Source: Oikopleura dioica
Lineage: Eukaryota; Animalia; Chordata
Assembly (NCBI GenBank): GCA_907165135.1
Contig: OU015566.1
Span: 8,618,001-8,682,000, forward strand
DNA: 64,000 bases
Reading direction: 5' to 3'
The position numbers were made by a program, and so were the translations under genes. The first letter of the stretch is position 1. Every line of letters begins with the position of its first letter. Below are positions 11,121 through 23,400 of this stretch, piece by piece. A model generated the notes under the pieces. The model searched no databases. It worked only from the letters and a program-made list of their open reading frames with translations, and was not told the origin of the DNA.

Positions 11121-12863
11121 ATGTCAGATGGCGGTAGCGACGAAGAGTGGGAAGTTGAAGCTCTCCTTGACCACAGAAATGTCGACGAGGATGGCAATAA
11201 ACTGGAAGAAACTGAGTACAGAATTCGCTGGGTCGGATTTCCTCCAGGTAAATAACACAAAGAAAAATATCAGATATTTTCGTCATTCTACTTAGACGAT
11301 GACACCTGGGAGCCGCGAAAAAACCTGGAATCCAGTTTGCACCTGATCGACGAGTATGAAAAGAAGATAAAACGGCGAGCCCAGCGGCGAAAAGAAAAAC
11401 GCCAACGAAGAGCAAAACTCTACAATTACGCAAAAGACGATCTTCCTGGAATGCCGGTGTTGAATTTGGACATGGATCTTGACGAGCGGCCTCTTCAGTT
11501 GCCCCGAGACTTTGATGAAAACAAGTGGGAGCTCGCTGAGCCATTTATGTGCCCTTTCTGTGGGAAACTAACCAGTAAGAGTAGTTCGAGAATCGCTAGA
11601 ATTAATTTGAAAAAATAGGTTCTCACGAAGGCTTGCGAATTCACCAGCAAAAATGCCGACCATTGAAAAAAGTCGTCGAGGAACTGAAAAAGATGCGGCC
11701 ATCTCGACAGCCAGTAGACGACTCTTCTAACGACGAGGAAGAAGCACCAGAAATGGACGAGCTCGCTTCGCCACAGAAAAAGACCGGTCGCGCGGCGCCA
11801 GGAAGCGATGAAGAAATGGAGGCGCAGGAGTTTATCGCGAAAGAAATGGGCATGAACGTCATGCGGGTTGAGGAAGAAAAGAGCGAGGGTCAGCAGATGC
11901 CATCCATGTCAGAGCTGGAAGATCAGGAGATGTCTGTCGATCAAGCGAACATGACTGACGATGAGAAGGCAGCAGAAGAGGAGAACAAAGGGCAGAAGCC
12001 GCCAGTTGGTGACGAAAAAGCGATTGAAACGCCCGCTGGAGAAGAATCAGAAGGTGATAAGATTGAGGAGGAATTGATGCCGAAGCCAACTGAGGATGAG
12101 ATCGCGGAAACCACTGTCGGAAGCTCTGCTGATGAAGAGTACAAACAATTTCTTCACTCGCCTCCGAAAGCCTGCTCGACTCAGCTTGAAGGTAATTAAT
12201 CAAACTTGATAAATTATAACTTGATTTAACGAAAAAGATGACTCCCGCCCATGTCAGACCGGCCAACAGCTTTCTGGTCAAAAACGCCCTTGGAGTGGCT
12301 AGTTTGACTGAAGTCTAAAAAAGGTCAAAAAAGGACATTTATTATCTCTCGTTTATCTACACAATCTGCACCATTTCCGTACAACCAAACCCTTCAAGTT
12401 TCATCAAAAAAGTTTTAACGCTCCAAAAAATACTGCTTCAAACTGAATTCGAAATTGTTTTTGTTCAACAGCCCAAATTGACTGTTTCCCCGAAGGGTAA
12501 ATGTCTGAAAGAAAAACTTACCACATCTTTGTATAACCTGCCCTTATTACCCAAGGCCTCACACATCTCCGGACTTATCTTTCTCTTTTAGATGGCGCTT
12601 CTGGAGTTGGAATATCCATTCAAATTGCTGCAACTGAAGAAGAAGGCTTTCCCCCTGAAGCAGAGCCAACATCGCGGGTGCGACCAGAGAGCCCCCCAGC
12701 GAGTGAGGTGATCGATGAAGGAAACGATGTCTACGAGGAGGTAGTCGAAACAACAGAACCAGAAGAGCCTCCAGCTGAAGAAGCGCCCGTCACTGTCATC
12801 GCCCAGCCAATGGGCCAGCTATTGTATTATATCGTTCCAGTGAACATTCTCAAACGTTCTTAA
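11121..12863 (+). CDS. Chromodomain + zinc-finger protein with long acidic tail
   Basis: EWEVEALLDHR...YRIRWVGFPP|DDDTWEPRKNL is a chromodomain with aromatic cage residues. It is followed by CPFCGK...RIHQQKC and an E/D-rich low-complexity region over about 5 exons. Confidence 0.8.
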
Positions 12864-13156
12864 ATTAGCGACTTCTGACGAGAGCAAAGCGTAAGGAGAG
12901 CCTCTAGTAGATCCCCTCAAACTATATCGTATAGTTCACCACCTGCCTAGCCGAAACTTTCAACTGCCCATCTCAAGAATCGCCATCAACATGTATATAA
13001 AGAACTGTTTCGTTAAATAATTGCACCTGTGGCCTATCTTTTATTTTAACTGCCATCACCGAGTGACAGAAATTGAAACAACCATTGAAACAAAAACTAC
13101 AGTTATCTTATCAAACAAAGTTGGTGTCGATTGTTTGCTTTTAGACTTTTTTCGAC

Positions 13157-13374
13157 ATGGGACACGAAAACATCTGGTTCGCACACAAGGGCAAAAACAC
13201 CAAAGGCCGAGGTATGATAACTCCCAAGAGGTGGTTGTTAAAAGTGCTCTAGGTTTCCGACAGTGCCGAATCACCGGTTGCCGATCCGGTCTCATCCGAA
13301 AGTACGGCCTCAACGTCTCTCGACGAGCTTTCCGAGAAATCGCGCCAATGGTTGGCTTCCAGAAGCTTGATTAA
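13157..13374 (+). CDS. RPS29: 40S ribosomal protein S29 (uS14)
   Basis: Removing the 41-nt GT-AG intron 13212-13252 gives MGHENIWFAHKGKNTKGRGFRQCRITGCRSGLIRKYGLNVSRRAFREIAPMVGFQKLD. Confidence 0.95.
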
Positions 13375-13508
13375 ATAAAACCTTCCTCCCTGATGATTGA
13401 CTGTTCTTCAAGCTCGCTTGTTAAATAAATTCTCATCAGATGAAAAAGTTCCCTTTGATTATTGCATCAAAAACGATATCCATGAAGAGTGTAGTTAAGA
13501 AAGTCGAC

Positions 13509-15085
13509 ATGCCAAAGTTTAAATCTCGTGAAATCCTTTCGAGCGATTCTGACTCATCAGACGATGATGTTCCATCGGAAAAACCAAAGGTCGTCGCCAA
13601 GCCTCCCAAAGCGGAAAAGCTTAAAAAGGAAAAGAAGAAGGAGAGAGGGCGAGGTGTGTGTGGAAATTCCTAATTGACAGTCTTTAATTCAGGGCTGGAT
13701 AATTTGAAATCAACTCAAATCTCAACACCCCAAAACGGCCCAATTGACCAATCAGGATGGCCAAATTCCCGAAATATGGGTGTTGAGATTTGAGTTGATT
13801 TCAAATTATCCAGCCCCTGGGCTCGGCAACCTGAGTACAGGGTCAGGCTCAGGGTCAGGGTTCGAAAATTTTTTCTCGAAATTTACTCAGGAACTCAGGT
13901 CAGGGTTTTTCACTCAGTCAGGTTCTCAGGCAAACAGGTCAGGCCTGTTCAGACTCAGGTACTCAGGTCAGACTCAGGGGCCTGACTCAGGGTAAAACAC
14001 AGGGTTTTTTCGACCAAGTTCACACTTAAAAATTTCATTTTGCCCAGATAACTTTCAACCTGACAGTCCTGCAATCAGAAAATCGCCCTAATGATTGAAA
14101 ATCAGTGTAATTGGACCCCCTGACGTTGCAAATTGAGCCTTTTTAGTACTTTTTTACAGTAACTCAGGCCCTGTGTAAGCAACTCAGGCCTGTCTTTTAA
14201 CTCAGGTCAGGGTCAGGCTCAGGGTTTTTTTTCTCGAGTCTCGATTTTACTCAGGCACACTGTACTGTACTCAGTACTCAGGGGCCTGACTCAGGGCTTT
14301 TCTCAGGTCAGGTTGCCGAGCCCAGTCCAGCCCTGCTTTAATTCCAGTGAAGACATTTGACCAGATGCTAACTAAATTCTTCAGAAGCTGAAAGACCAAA
14401 GAAGGAAAAGCGGAAGATCGAGAAACGTCCGATCTCCCCATGTCTGAACCGGACTCTCCTCCGAGGAAGAAAGAAAAAGCTAGACCGGAAAAGAAGAAAC
14501 CCACGGCGAAGGGTGGCGACGAACCCGATGGAGGAGGCGTTGACTTGTCGCACATGACTCTCATTGGCCCGAAACGATACATAGGCCCGATGGAATTCAA
14601 GGTAAACGATGAAGGTTTTGGCGAAAACTGAACATTGTTTATTAAAAGGGCAAGCACTACTTGAACATCAGGGAGTACTACGAAGACTCGACGGGAATGA
14701 AGCCAACAAAGAAAGGCGTCGCTTTGAATCAAGGCGAGTGGCGAAAACTGAAAGAGTCATTCTACGACGTCGATGAAAAAATCCTCATCGCCGAGGCGGA
14801 AGACTACAATCCACTCGAGATAAGCGACAAGAAACAAATCCGTGTTACCAAATTCAAGGTTCGTTTATTATATTAAACGTTCAGAAGGAGTAAAATTTAT
14901 AGGGAAAATTCCTTCTCATTGACATCCGGGAGTTCTACAATAAAGATGGCGAGAAGAAGCCCGGAAAGAAGGGAATCGCTCTGAAACCTGACCAGTACAA
15001 CAAGATCAAGGTGGAATATCGCCATCAACATTGATTACTTATTATTTTTCAGGACATGCAAGAAGAAATTGACGGCTGGTTCTGA
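13509..15085 (+). CDS. SUB1: PC4/SUB1 transcriptional coactivator with two tandem PC4 ssDNA-binding domains
   Basis: N-terminus MPKFKSREILSSDSDSSDDD. Repeat 1: KRYIGPMEFK|GKHYLNIREYY...MKPTKKGVALNQGEW. Repeat 2: KQIRVTKFK|GKFLLIDIREFY...KKPGKKGIALKPDQY. An apparent 1-nt frameshift in the C-run at ~14436-14439 is likely an assembly error. Confidence 0.88.
13690..14335. mobile_element. hAT-like foldback MITE (~130 bp core) in SUB1 intron 1
   Basis: Inverted repeat of ~41 bp, CAGGGCTGGATAATTTGAAATCAACTCAAATCTCAACACCC. Flanked by an 8-bp direct repeat CTTTAATT at 13682-13689 and 14336-14343. Confidence 0.9.
13817..14325. mobile_element. Second MITE (509 bp) nested in the right TIR of the first
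   Basis: 18-bp TIR CTGGGCTCGGCAACCTGA / TCAGGTTGCCGAGCCCAG. 8-bp TSD TCCAGCCC at 13809-13816 and 14326-14333. Subterminal arrays of CTCAGG/TCAGGG motifs. Confidence 0.9.
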
Positions 15086-15595
15086 TTACAAAGTTCAATC
15101 TCCTGCAAGGATAAAATTAGAGACAATTTTTATCAACTGCCAAACGGTGCTCCGTAAATAACCATTTCTGCAAGAAGTTCGCGTAATTTAAAAATAAAGC
15201 CATAGATGGTCCATCGAAGAGAAATACATGATTGTGCATGTTTATGAAGAACTGTACAATTTATTTTTTGTCTGCTGTTGGAAGAAGGGGCATTATTTAC
15301 ATGTTTGTGTGTACAGAAAACAAAGAAGAAATAGAAAGTCGGATTGTTCGCGTGATAAAGGTTTGTCATTTTTTTAGAAAGTCATTTTTTGTAGGTAGGA
15401 AGAATTGTAAAGGAAAAGAGTTTGCTTGTGTAGCTTAGAATGCTTTACGCGGGTGTTGTTTATAAAATAGGTTTTTGTTTTGAAGAAGCTTCGGCTTGGC
15501 GTTGTTTGGCTCACCAGATGAGAGATTTGCGGCACTTGAGATTTGTTTCATATTCATTCATGTTCGCCATATAATTATATGCTGCGCGCGTGGTC

Positions 15596-17420
15596 TCAGC
15601 TCTTGAAGAAGCTTAGCTTGTCGAGATTTTCGAGAGTGACGCGCTTTGACTCTTCAGGCTCGAGCATCGCGTTGATGGCTTCCAAGGCATCGTAGGAAAG
15701 GTGTTTCTCATATTTGGTCGCGCGTTTGGCCTCGCGGATGTCTTCTTTTTCGAAGGGGATGGCACCGGTGAGGAGGATGTAGAGCAAGCAGCCGAGCTGC
15801 CAGACGCACAATGGTCCGGGAGCGTATCGGCCGTGGCGGTACCACTCGGGTGGGTAGTATTCGGCAGTGCCGCAGAAGGAGTTGTACTCTTCGCGTACCT
15901 CGCAAGCGCAGCCAAAGTCGATCAGGAGTGCCTGAATTCGATTTTTAGATGAAGGTCCGCGACAAAAATCGAAATCGCGTGATTCCCCCTTGATGACATA
16001 ACCCTAATGTTTTCAACTCTCAATCCCGTGCTGGACTACTGATCGAGGAATAAGGCCAATTAGACAATTTTATGATTTGTTTCTCCCGAAAAAGACAGCG
16101 AGCGAGTCCTAATTGCGCACTGTGGTCTGTCTCATCTTTGAAAAATATTTTCAACAATTATATCAAAGTTTTCCGCTTTGCTTACCTCGCCCGTCTTGAG
16201 ATCGACCAAGACGTTTTCATCCTTGATGTCGCGGTGAAGAATGCCGACCTTGAGACAGTGCCTGGCTGCCGCAAGAATTTGCAAAGTGACGACTCGTGCA
16301 AATTTTTCAGGAAAGATTTGGTACTTTTGCGAGGCTTCGAAAAGATCAATCATCTGGCGGTGGCGTTCCATCACCATGATATAAGAGTCGGTTCCTTAAA
16401 AAAATTGTTAAAAACAGGAATTTCATGGATTGATCACGTCTTTGGGAATTTTTGGGCGAACTTTACCCCCTTGAGTCAGATGGATTACAACTGATTTCCA
16501 AAAATAGAAACGAGGCTAAACTTGGTCTGGCTATATTCTTGGCCCGGCCATTATCGCCCCTTCCAAAAATGTTTACCGAACTAAATCCATCACCCACATG
16601 ACATGGAAGCGTGTGTGTGATTTCAACGGGTTAGAATTTAAGACACTTGGCATTAATTATCATTTATCCCCTTTGATATTCCTGCCTGAGCTGGATCCTT
16701 TGGCGAGCAGCCAGACCAAGCCGCTCTTAGGGAAAGAGTGCTTCGACAAATAGCATCGACAGTCAGAGCGAAGAATACTCTGAGCATGATGCCTGGCCGG
16801 GCGCCAGAAATCGCAGCTTTTACTATTGATTAAACTAAGCCGAAATAAATGCGCCGTCAATCACGAAAAAAAGGAAAAAGTTGACCTCGTTTTTGCGAAC
16901 ACGTTCCAACAGATGCGTGCACATCAAGTCACGTGGCCACATTATCGTCCCCGCGGATGACGCCACTGCCCCGTGGCTGTCTCCCGGATTCGATCACTTG
17001 TAAAATTTAAGCCACTTTCGAATTAGATGTTATTTGACTACTTGAGGGGCCCTTCATTCCGTTACCGTTTTTACGCTAGAATTTTGTCATCTAAAAACTC
17101 TTACCTTCGATCCACTCGTGTGGTCTGACGATTGACTTGGCAGCTTTTTCTTTGGCGGAAGCAGTGAAGTGATAAACGAACTCGGCGGGGCATGGTTGCC
17201 CGTGGATAAGGTAGAAGTTGCGAACGGATTTCTTGGCAATTTGCTTGATAACTAACTGGGAGTCATTGGTGCGTCGCTTCGACTCGTAGATAATTCCATT
17301 CTGCGTGTTGGAAATGACCCTGGTGACTTCGAAGGCGCCGAAAATGTCAAAGTCGTACTGGACGACTGACGAAGACTTTTGCGGGCTGACGCAGACATCC
17401 ATCTTGTCCGATGGGCTCAT
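15596..17420 (-). CDS. PIM: PIM-family Ser/Thr kinase
   Basis: Three exons: LVIKQI...HEWIE|GTDSYIMVMERH...ILHRDIKDENVLVDLKTGE|ALLIDFGCA...FCGTAEYYPPEW...VWQLGCLLYILLTGAIPF. These match PIM-type catalytic loop and activation segment. Confidence 0.85.
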
Positions 17421-20400
17421 CTCCAAGGCTGAAGGAATAATTTAGGAAAGAAAGATTGAATGGAAACACATGAAAGGGAATAATTCGTCAAAAAATGTAT
17501 AGCTAGCGGAAGTTGGATTTTTATGATGGGGATGTCTTGCGACGGGAAATGCGGCTAATACCTTTCATCTCTTTATTCCTTACTGTAGTCTCAAAACAGT
17601 AAAATATTTTTTAAGAAGATTAACTAAAGTAGGTTAATCTCGTGGGAATGAAAAAAGTCTCTACCTTATTTGTGTTCTATTCAAAACCGGAAATAAAGTC
17701 CTCTTACATCGACGGTCCTCGTTTCTTCTCGGGCAAATAAAAAACTCGAAATATTAGTTGTATCGAGCAACGAAGACAAACGGAAGCGCTGTCAGTTGGG
17801 GCATTTACTGCCGTAAGGGAATAAAGTGAGAATAGTGAGCCCAAAAGAGGAAAATATCGCGTGCCGCCCGGAGGCGAGTAAGTGAGGCCTCCCGCGTCGA
17901 GTCGGGCACTCGCCAGAGTAAACACGCCTCGAGCTGCCTGTCCATTTCATGGAGTCTTGTCTTTCCTACGAAGCAAAGGGGAAAACAATTGTGTCCTCGA
18001 AAATATTATGATTGATTAGTATCTAACGGATTAGGAGTACCGAGAGTAGGCCGAAGCGTAAAACCGGCAAATTATAATTGTGGGATAAGTCTCTGCGCAA
18101 CAGATGCACCTGCACGCACCTGTTATGTTTTCTCCTAAGCGGGCGATTTGGCCTGTTGACTTGGTGACTACACAATTTTGAATTCCGAAGTCGTTTACGA
18201 CCGATCCATTTCGGTGAACTAAACATTTTTCATCGTCGAAAATCAAGCCGGCTGCTTATTAAAATTAAAACACCATTCTGTTTTCTTGGCCTCGGCTCTC
18301 CAGCCCAGCGGGGTGCAATTCTGAACCTTCTTTTGTGCGACTCGCACAATCAACTCGCCGTCAATTATTTCCACTAAAACCCTCCCCATCTGTAAACAAG
18401 GGGGATCGATTTCTTCGGAGGCAAAAAAAAAATTTAAAGGCCAATTAAATATTAAATGCTCATCAATCTGAGACGGAGGAAGTTGCGCTCCTTCCTCCAG
18501 GCGAATTTACTAGGGGCAAATTTGGGATGCAGTTCCGGGTTGAACCGGGCGGTAAAAGAATTGTTTTTCATTTGGAAACTACTTTTCAGAAGATAGGCAC
18601 TTGACACGATCCAAGCCCGCCTGGGAACTTAACACTCGTGAATCTCAAGGACGCTTTGGATTCATCTTCAAGGAAAAATCCGTAAATGCTTGTCCTAATT
18701 TAACTATCGATAGATTCTGGGCGTGAATTTGAGCACGTCGTGGCTCAAATACTGTAATGACGCGTTGTCGGGAAAAATACATACTGTTACATAATCTTTC
18801 TTCTAAAGAATATTTCGTTTACCTTGGTCTGTCTGTTTCTCAAGAAGTTGGAAGTAAAGGGAGCTCTAGAACGATCGGGTGGAATGGTGAGATTCGGTGC
18901 TGCCTATTTTCTTCAATTTTTCAAAAAGTTTAATTTGCCTCAGCGATTCTGACGTTGGCGGCAGTCCAAGAGTGGCCACACGAGTCTCCGCATCTCAAAG
19001 CGCTCGCGTCGCTCAGTCCCAAACCTCCGTCAAAATCGCGCCTGTCGATCATTGTCGGTAGCGTGTAATAATCCCCCCTCGCACTGTACGATGCCCTGGC
19101 GTACAGTCATTTTACAGTTTCTCGCCGCGCATAATAAAGCTCGGCAAGCGATCAGATCTGCATGCCGGATGCATTTATTGGGCTTCGGACCGAAACTCCA
19201 CGCGCCGTAAAATCGATGAAATTTACAAAAATTTTTCGGGAAAGGAGCCTTTTTACGCCTCATAAAATTGATCTATTTTTTCTACCCGGTGTCTAGGTTC
19301 CTCATAAACAAACCGGAAGTGCCCGTTTCAGTGTCCCAGAATGGCTAAATTTCATCCCTCGTAATAATTTCCTCTATGATATCAATAAGCCCTTTACGAT
19401 CCGTTTTTCACAATTTTCTCACCTCTGAATCCAAGCGGTCTGAAGAGCCGCTAATTGAAGCAGTTTTGAATTAAAAAATAAGAATCTCAAAAACTCGGGA
19501 AAATGGGAAACAAAAACTTCAGACGGATTTTTTCCTCCTCGAGCCAGTCAAGTGTATCCGAGGTGAGAGAGAGAGAGAGTACTACGCGAGGAGGGGAGCC
19601 CGGGGAAGCTTTGGCGAATCGTTGGCCCCTCCCCGAGTACCGCTCTGTGGTTCGATCGGAAAGGACCCCGAATTTACCCTCGCAAGCTGATCCAGACTTT
19701 ATAGCGCATCTTGAGCGTAATAAATTTTCAAGTCTAAATCTGTCCGGATAGAATTACAAGCGAGCTTAAAAAAGGTTAAATACTTTCAAATATTTAACCG
19801 TTTTACGGAGAAACATGAGCGGAGCCGGTTAAATTATTAGGGTTGTGTTAGACCGTGCGGCCGTCGATTATCTAGCACGATTTCGACTACTGCTAGTACT
19901 AGTAGTTGTACCGGAACATATTCGCCGCGAAACATGACCGGAGAATCACGTTTGCGAACGTCTACTTTTTGATATCGCCTATAAAAGCTTCACCGATTCT
20001 GAATCATTAATTGAAATACTAATTTATAAATCAGAGGGCACGTTTATTCGCCTAAAGTTCATCCCTCGCCTGCGTGAAGGTTATAAGTGACATTCAACCC
20101 AGTTGCATAACATGAAATCAGAACCAATAGATCCTCCGCGGTCATTCCCGGCCGGCTCATCCCCTCAAGAAGATTGAACTTTTTCGAAAACGACCAGAAT
20201 GGGGCTTCATTCGGAAGCGAGCTTAAAGTTCATCTTCGATGTCTGGGGCAGGTTTCTTGGCAGAAACTGGAGACGCATTCTGGTGGTGGTGGAAAAGTTC
20301 AACTCGGTGGCTTTGGGATGCGCGAAAATGTCGTAAGGGTATCGCTTTTTCCGGGATTTACCAAATTTGAGAGCATCGAAAGACAGATTCTCCTCGATCA

Positions 20401-23400
20401 GACAAATGCAGAAAGCTTCCAAAAATGGGAGCTTTGAACTTTGGATTAAAGGAAAAACATTCGACGAATGAGAACGCGCCAAGGCTCCCTTTCCCGCAAT
20501 GTTTGCATCTAATCCGATTGTCTGGCGACCAGTTTAGCTACGCTGTTGCATTTCTGACCTTTATCTTTTTCAATTTTCACAAATTGAAAGAAAAATTTCG
20601 ATTAAACATATGCTGCCCAGTATCTTATAAAGTTTTAACAAGTCGGAAATTCAGAGGGGAGCAATTTTTCACAAGCTTGAGGATCGATAATCGATGTCGA
20701 CAAAATACATCGACAAAATACATCGACGCCGAGGCAAATATCAAACAGGATTACTTTTTCGTTTATGACTCGATAATTGAATTTTCAAGTATTTAATGCC
20801 CTTGCGCGGCGCCGCTCAAATTTTTAGACCCCTGGCCTTGGTCTAAAAAATTGTTTCCTTCAACTCCAAAGAAATAAATCTGACACCCGGCGACGCACTG
20901 GTAGTCATCTCAGTGCGTTGAGGAACGCTTATGTAAATGAAGTACGAGCATCGATTTGGGATGAGGGTCGTCTTCGGGGTCATTTTATTTCACGATTTCG
21001 TGGAAACGCCTTTTTACGGTCGTTGAAACAGTCGCTATTTGCGCATGATTTGGTCATCGTCTAACAATTCACATCCGAGAGAACTTGACCGCCAATCTCG
21101 GTCGAGTTCTATCAGACAAGAAAGGGAATTAACCTACGATCGTACGTGAGCTTCAGTGCTCGACCTCGACCTTTGTAGAAAGTTTATTTTTCGAACTTGG
21201 CATGACTTCTTGCTTAACTGAGCAAAACTGGCATGTTTTATTCAAAGGAGAAAGTTTCGACGTCATCATAAAAATCAAATAAAGGGGAGATGGAAATTCG
21301 AAGCCATAAATGACGCCCATTCTCAATGACGTTTCAAACTTCTACGAAAAGATTAATTCCAGATTCTTAAACTAAAATTACAGCTTTCTATTTTGAGGAT
21401 CTCGTGTCGCGAAGACTTTTTGTCTTGCAGACAGCAGGAAAGGGCGGTGCAAAGGTGCAAATTGCGAGGATGCAATTTTGGCAAAGGCGATTTGAATTTT
21501 TTCTATGGCGGAATTGTTCGCCGAAGAACATCTGTCTGGCCATCGCCCTTTTCTTTGCGAGTGTAACATCGCAGAGGCCATAAAATCACGAGCGCGGGGC
21601 TCTGTCGCGCAAATGGACACGGTCGAATAAAAGCTGGGTAAAAAAGGGAGGAGACGACGAAGAAGCAGACAGGCTGGACTCGCAGACGAATGCCAATTAG
21701 GTTAGATGGACCCGAGTCGTCTTACAATGTACACAAATTTAGCGACACTGACATAAACAGACATGTGCGAAAAAATATTTAGGCCGGCTTGGGAGACATC
21801 GATTTTCTGAAAATTCGAAAGTAGAAAAAGATCAATTTATTTTTGAAATACTGCATCGTCTCCGATAATTAAAATGTTGTTTTTGTTCTGCTGGGCAAAT
21901 ATTTATTGAAAACATGAAAATATCCGTCTCCTTCATCAAAATATCCACGCCCGGGGGTTGTTACGTCTGCTCAGACTTTAGACGCGTATAAAAAGGGCTG
22001 TCGAACAGATGTCTATAAACAAATTTTTCCATTAAATTATCAACTTTTATTTAAAAAAAAATCTTGATTCAGGGTTTAATAAGGGTGTTTCTTTGTAAAG
22101 GAACATATATTTATTCTAATTTCAACCCTCTTTTCCTCAATGAAATCTAGGCTGATTTCCCTGTCTTTTCCTTGATCTTATAATAATCCCTTTCTATAGC
22201 GACGTGTTTTAATTCAGAAAATGCTGATTTATGCAGCTGGTGGAAGTGATGACGCGAAGAAAGGGCTGAATTGAGCTCGGAGAATTTCTTCTCTTTTCTA
22301 TCGATTTATTCTAGCGCTAACCCACCCATTTCATTGATAGGATCAAATTTAGACAGTGGGATGCGAAATGCTGCGCTTTTTTTTCGTAAATTCCACCTTC
22401 GAGTGCGAAGCGCCAGGCCCAGTGGGCCAATGACATAACGCTTAGGCGCGCTGGACCGCCCGGTTAACCAGCGCGGATCGTCAATCTGACGCTGTGGCTC
22501 AATTAGAAAGGTCAGTTTAGGGGAGAGTCCTTTTAAATCGACACTGTTCCTTGTCGAAAGTTCAAATGAATCCTCAATTCTTCATTAACAATTTTCATGC
22601 TTTCTTATTATTAAAAAAATCGTCCATTAAAAAGATCCATAGAAAACCCAACTTCCGGTTTAGAAAAAAATCGCTTTTTTCTTGCGAATATTTACCTGTC
22701 TCGGGCATAATGCCGGTTGGTTTCGTTTTTCTTACTAGTTGCGTTTTCCGGAAGTCGATATTTTCTCCGATATTTTCTGCTGGATCTCTTTTTTTTTATT
22801 GTTTTATTTTATGTAAAAAAGATTAATAAAAAATTATCTCCGCGTTTTTTTTTGTTGTTGTCGCTATTTATAATAAAGTTGTGTGCTTTCGCGGAGTGAA
22901 ATTTCAGATAATGGTATTTTAATAATCTGAGTGGCAATTTTGCATTTTTGAGGAAAACGGGCTCTCGGCTGCCGCGCGGCTAAGCTCCCGAGCGCCCGAA
23001 AAAATGGCTAACCCAAAAATGGGAAACGGACAACAACTTCATCAAATTGTTGTCCTCCTTACCGTCACATGCGTTCATTTTTATCAAGAAGCTACTATAA
23101 GAAGACACTAATACATATATGTGTCTCGAATATATTTGTCAGAGGCTCTGACTCAGAGCTCGATTTAGCGACATAAATTCAAAATAAAGCTCCAAATTTT
23201 AGCAATTTAAATCATTCTCGGCTATAGAATACATTCTCGTGCATAATTATTAACAACTAACGAACAAGTCGACCAATTGCATCAAAAAAGACGCCAGTAG
23301 CTTCCATTCTATAGACTATAGTCACCAAAAGGAGATTCTTCATCCCTTCCTTTTTCAATTCAAGTAATAAATAAATTTATACACGTCTCCAGGTCGCCCT

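Noticed and set aside
21080-21110. 12-bp hairpin AGAACTTGACCG/CGGTCGAGTTCT
   Set aside because: Too short for a pre-miRNA and no recognisable ncRNA context.
19500-23060. Similar AAAATGGGAAAC..AACTTCA..TCCTCCT at ~19500 and ~23008
   Set aside because: A short, gapped match without repeat boundaries; not supportable as an element.
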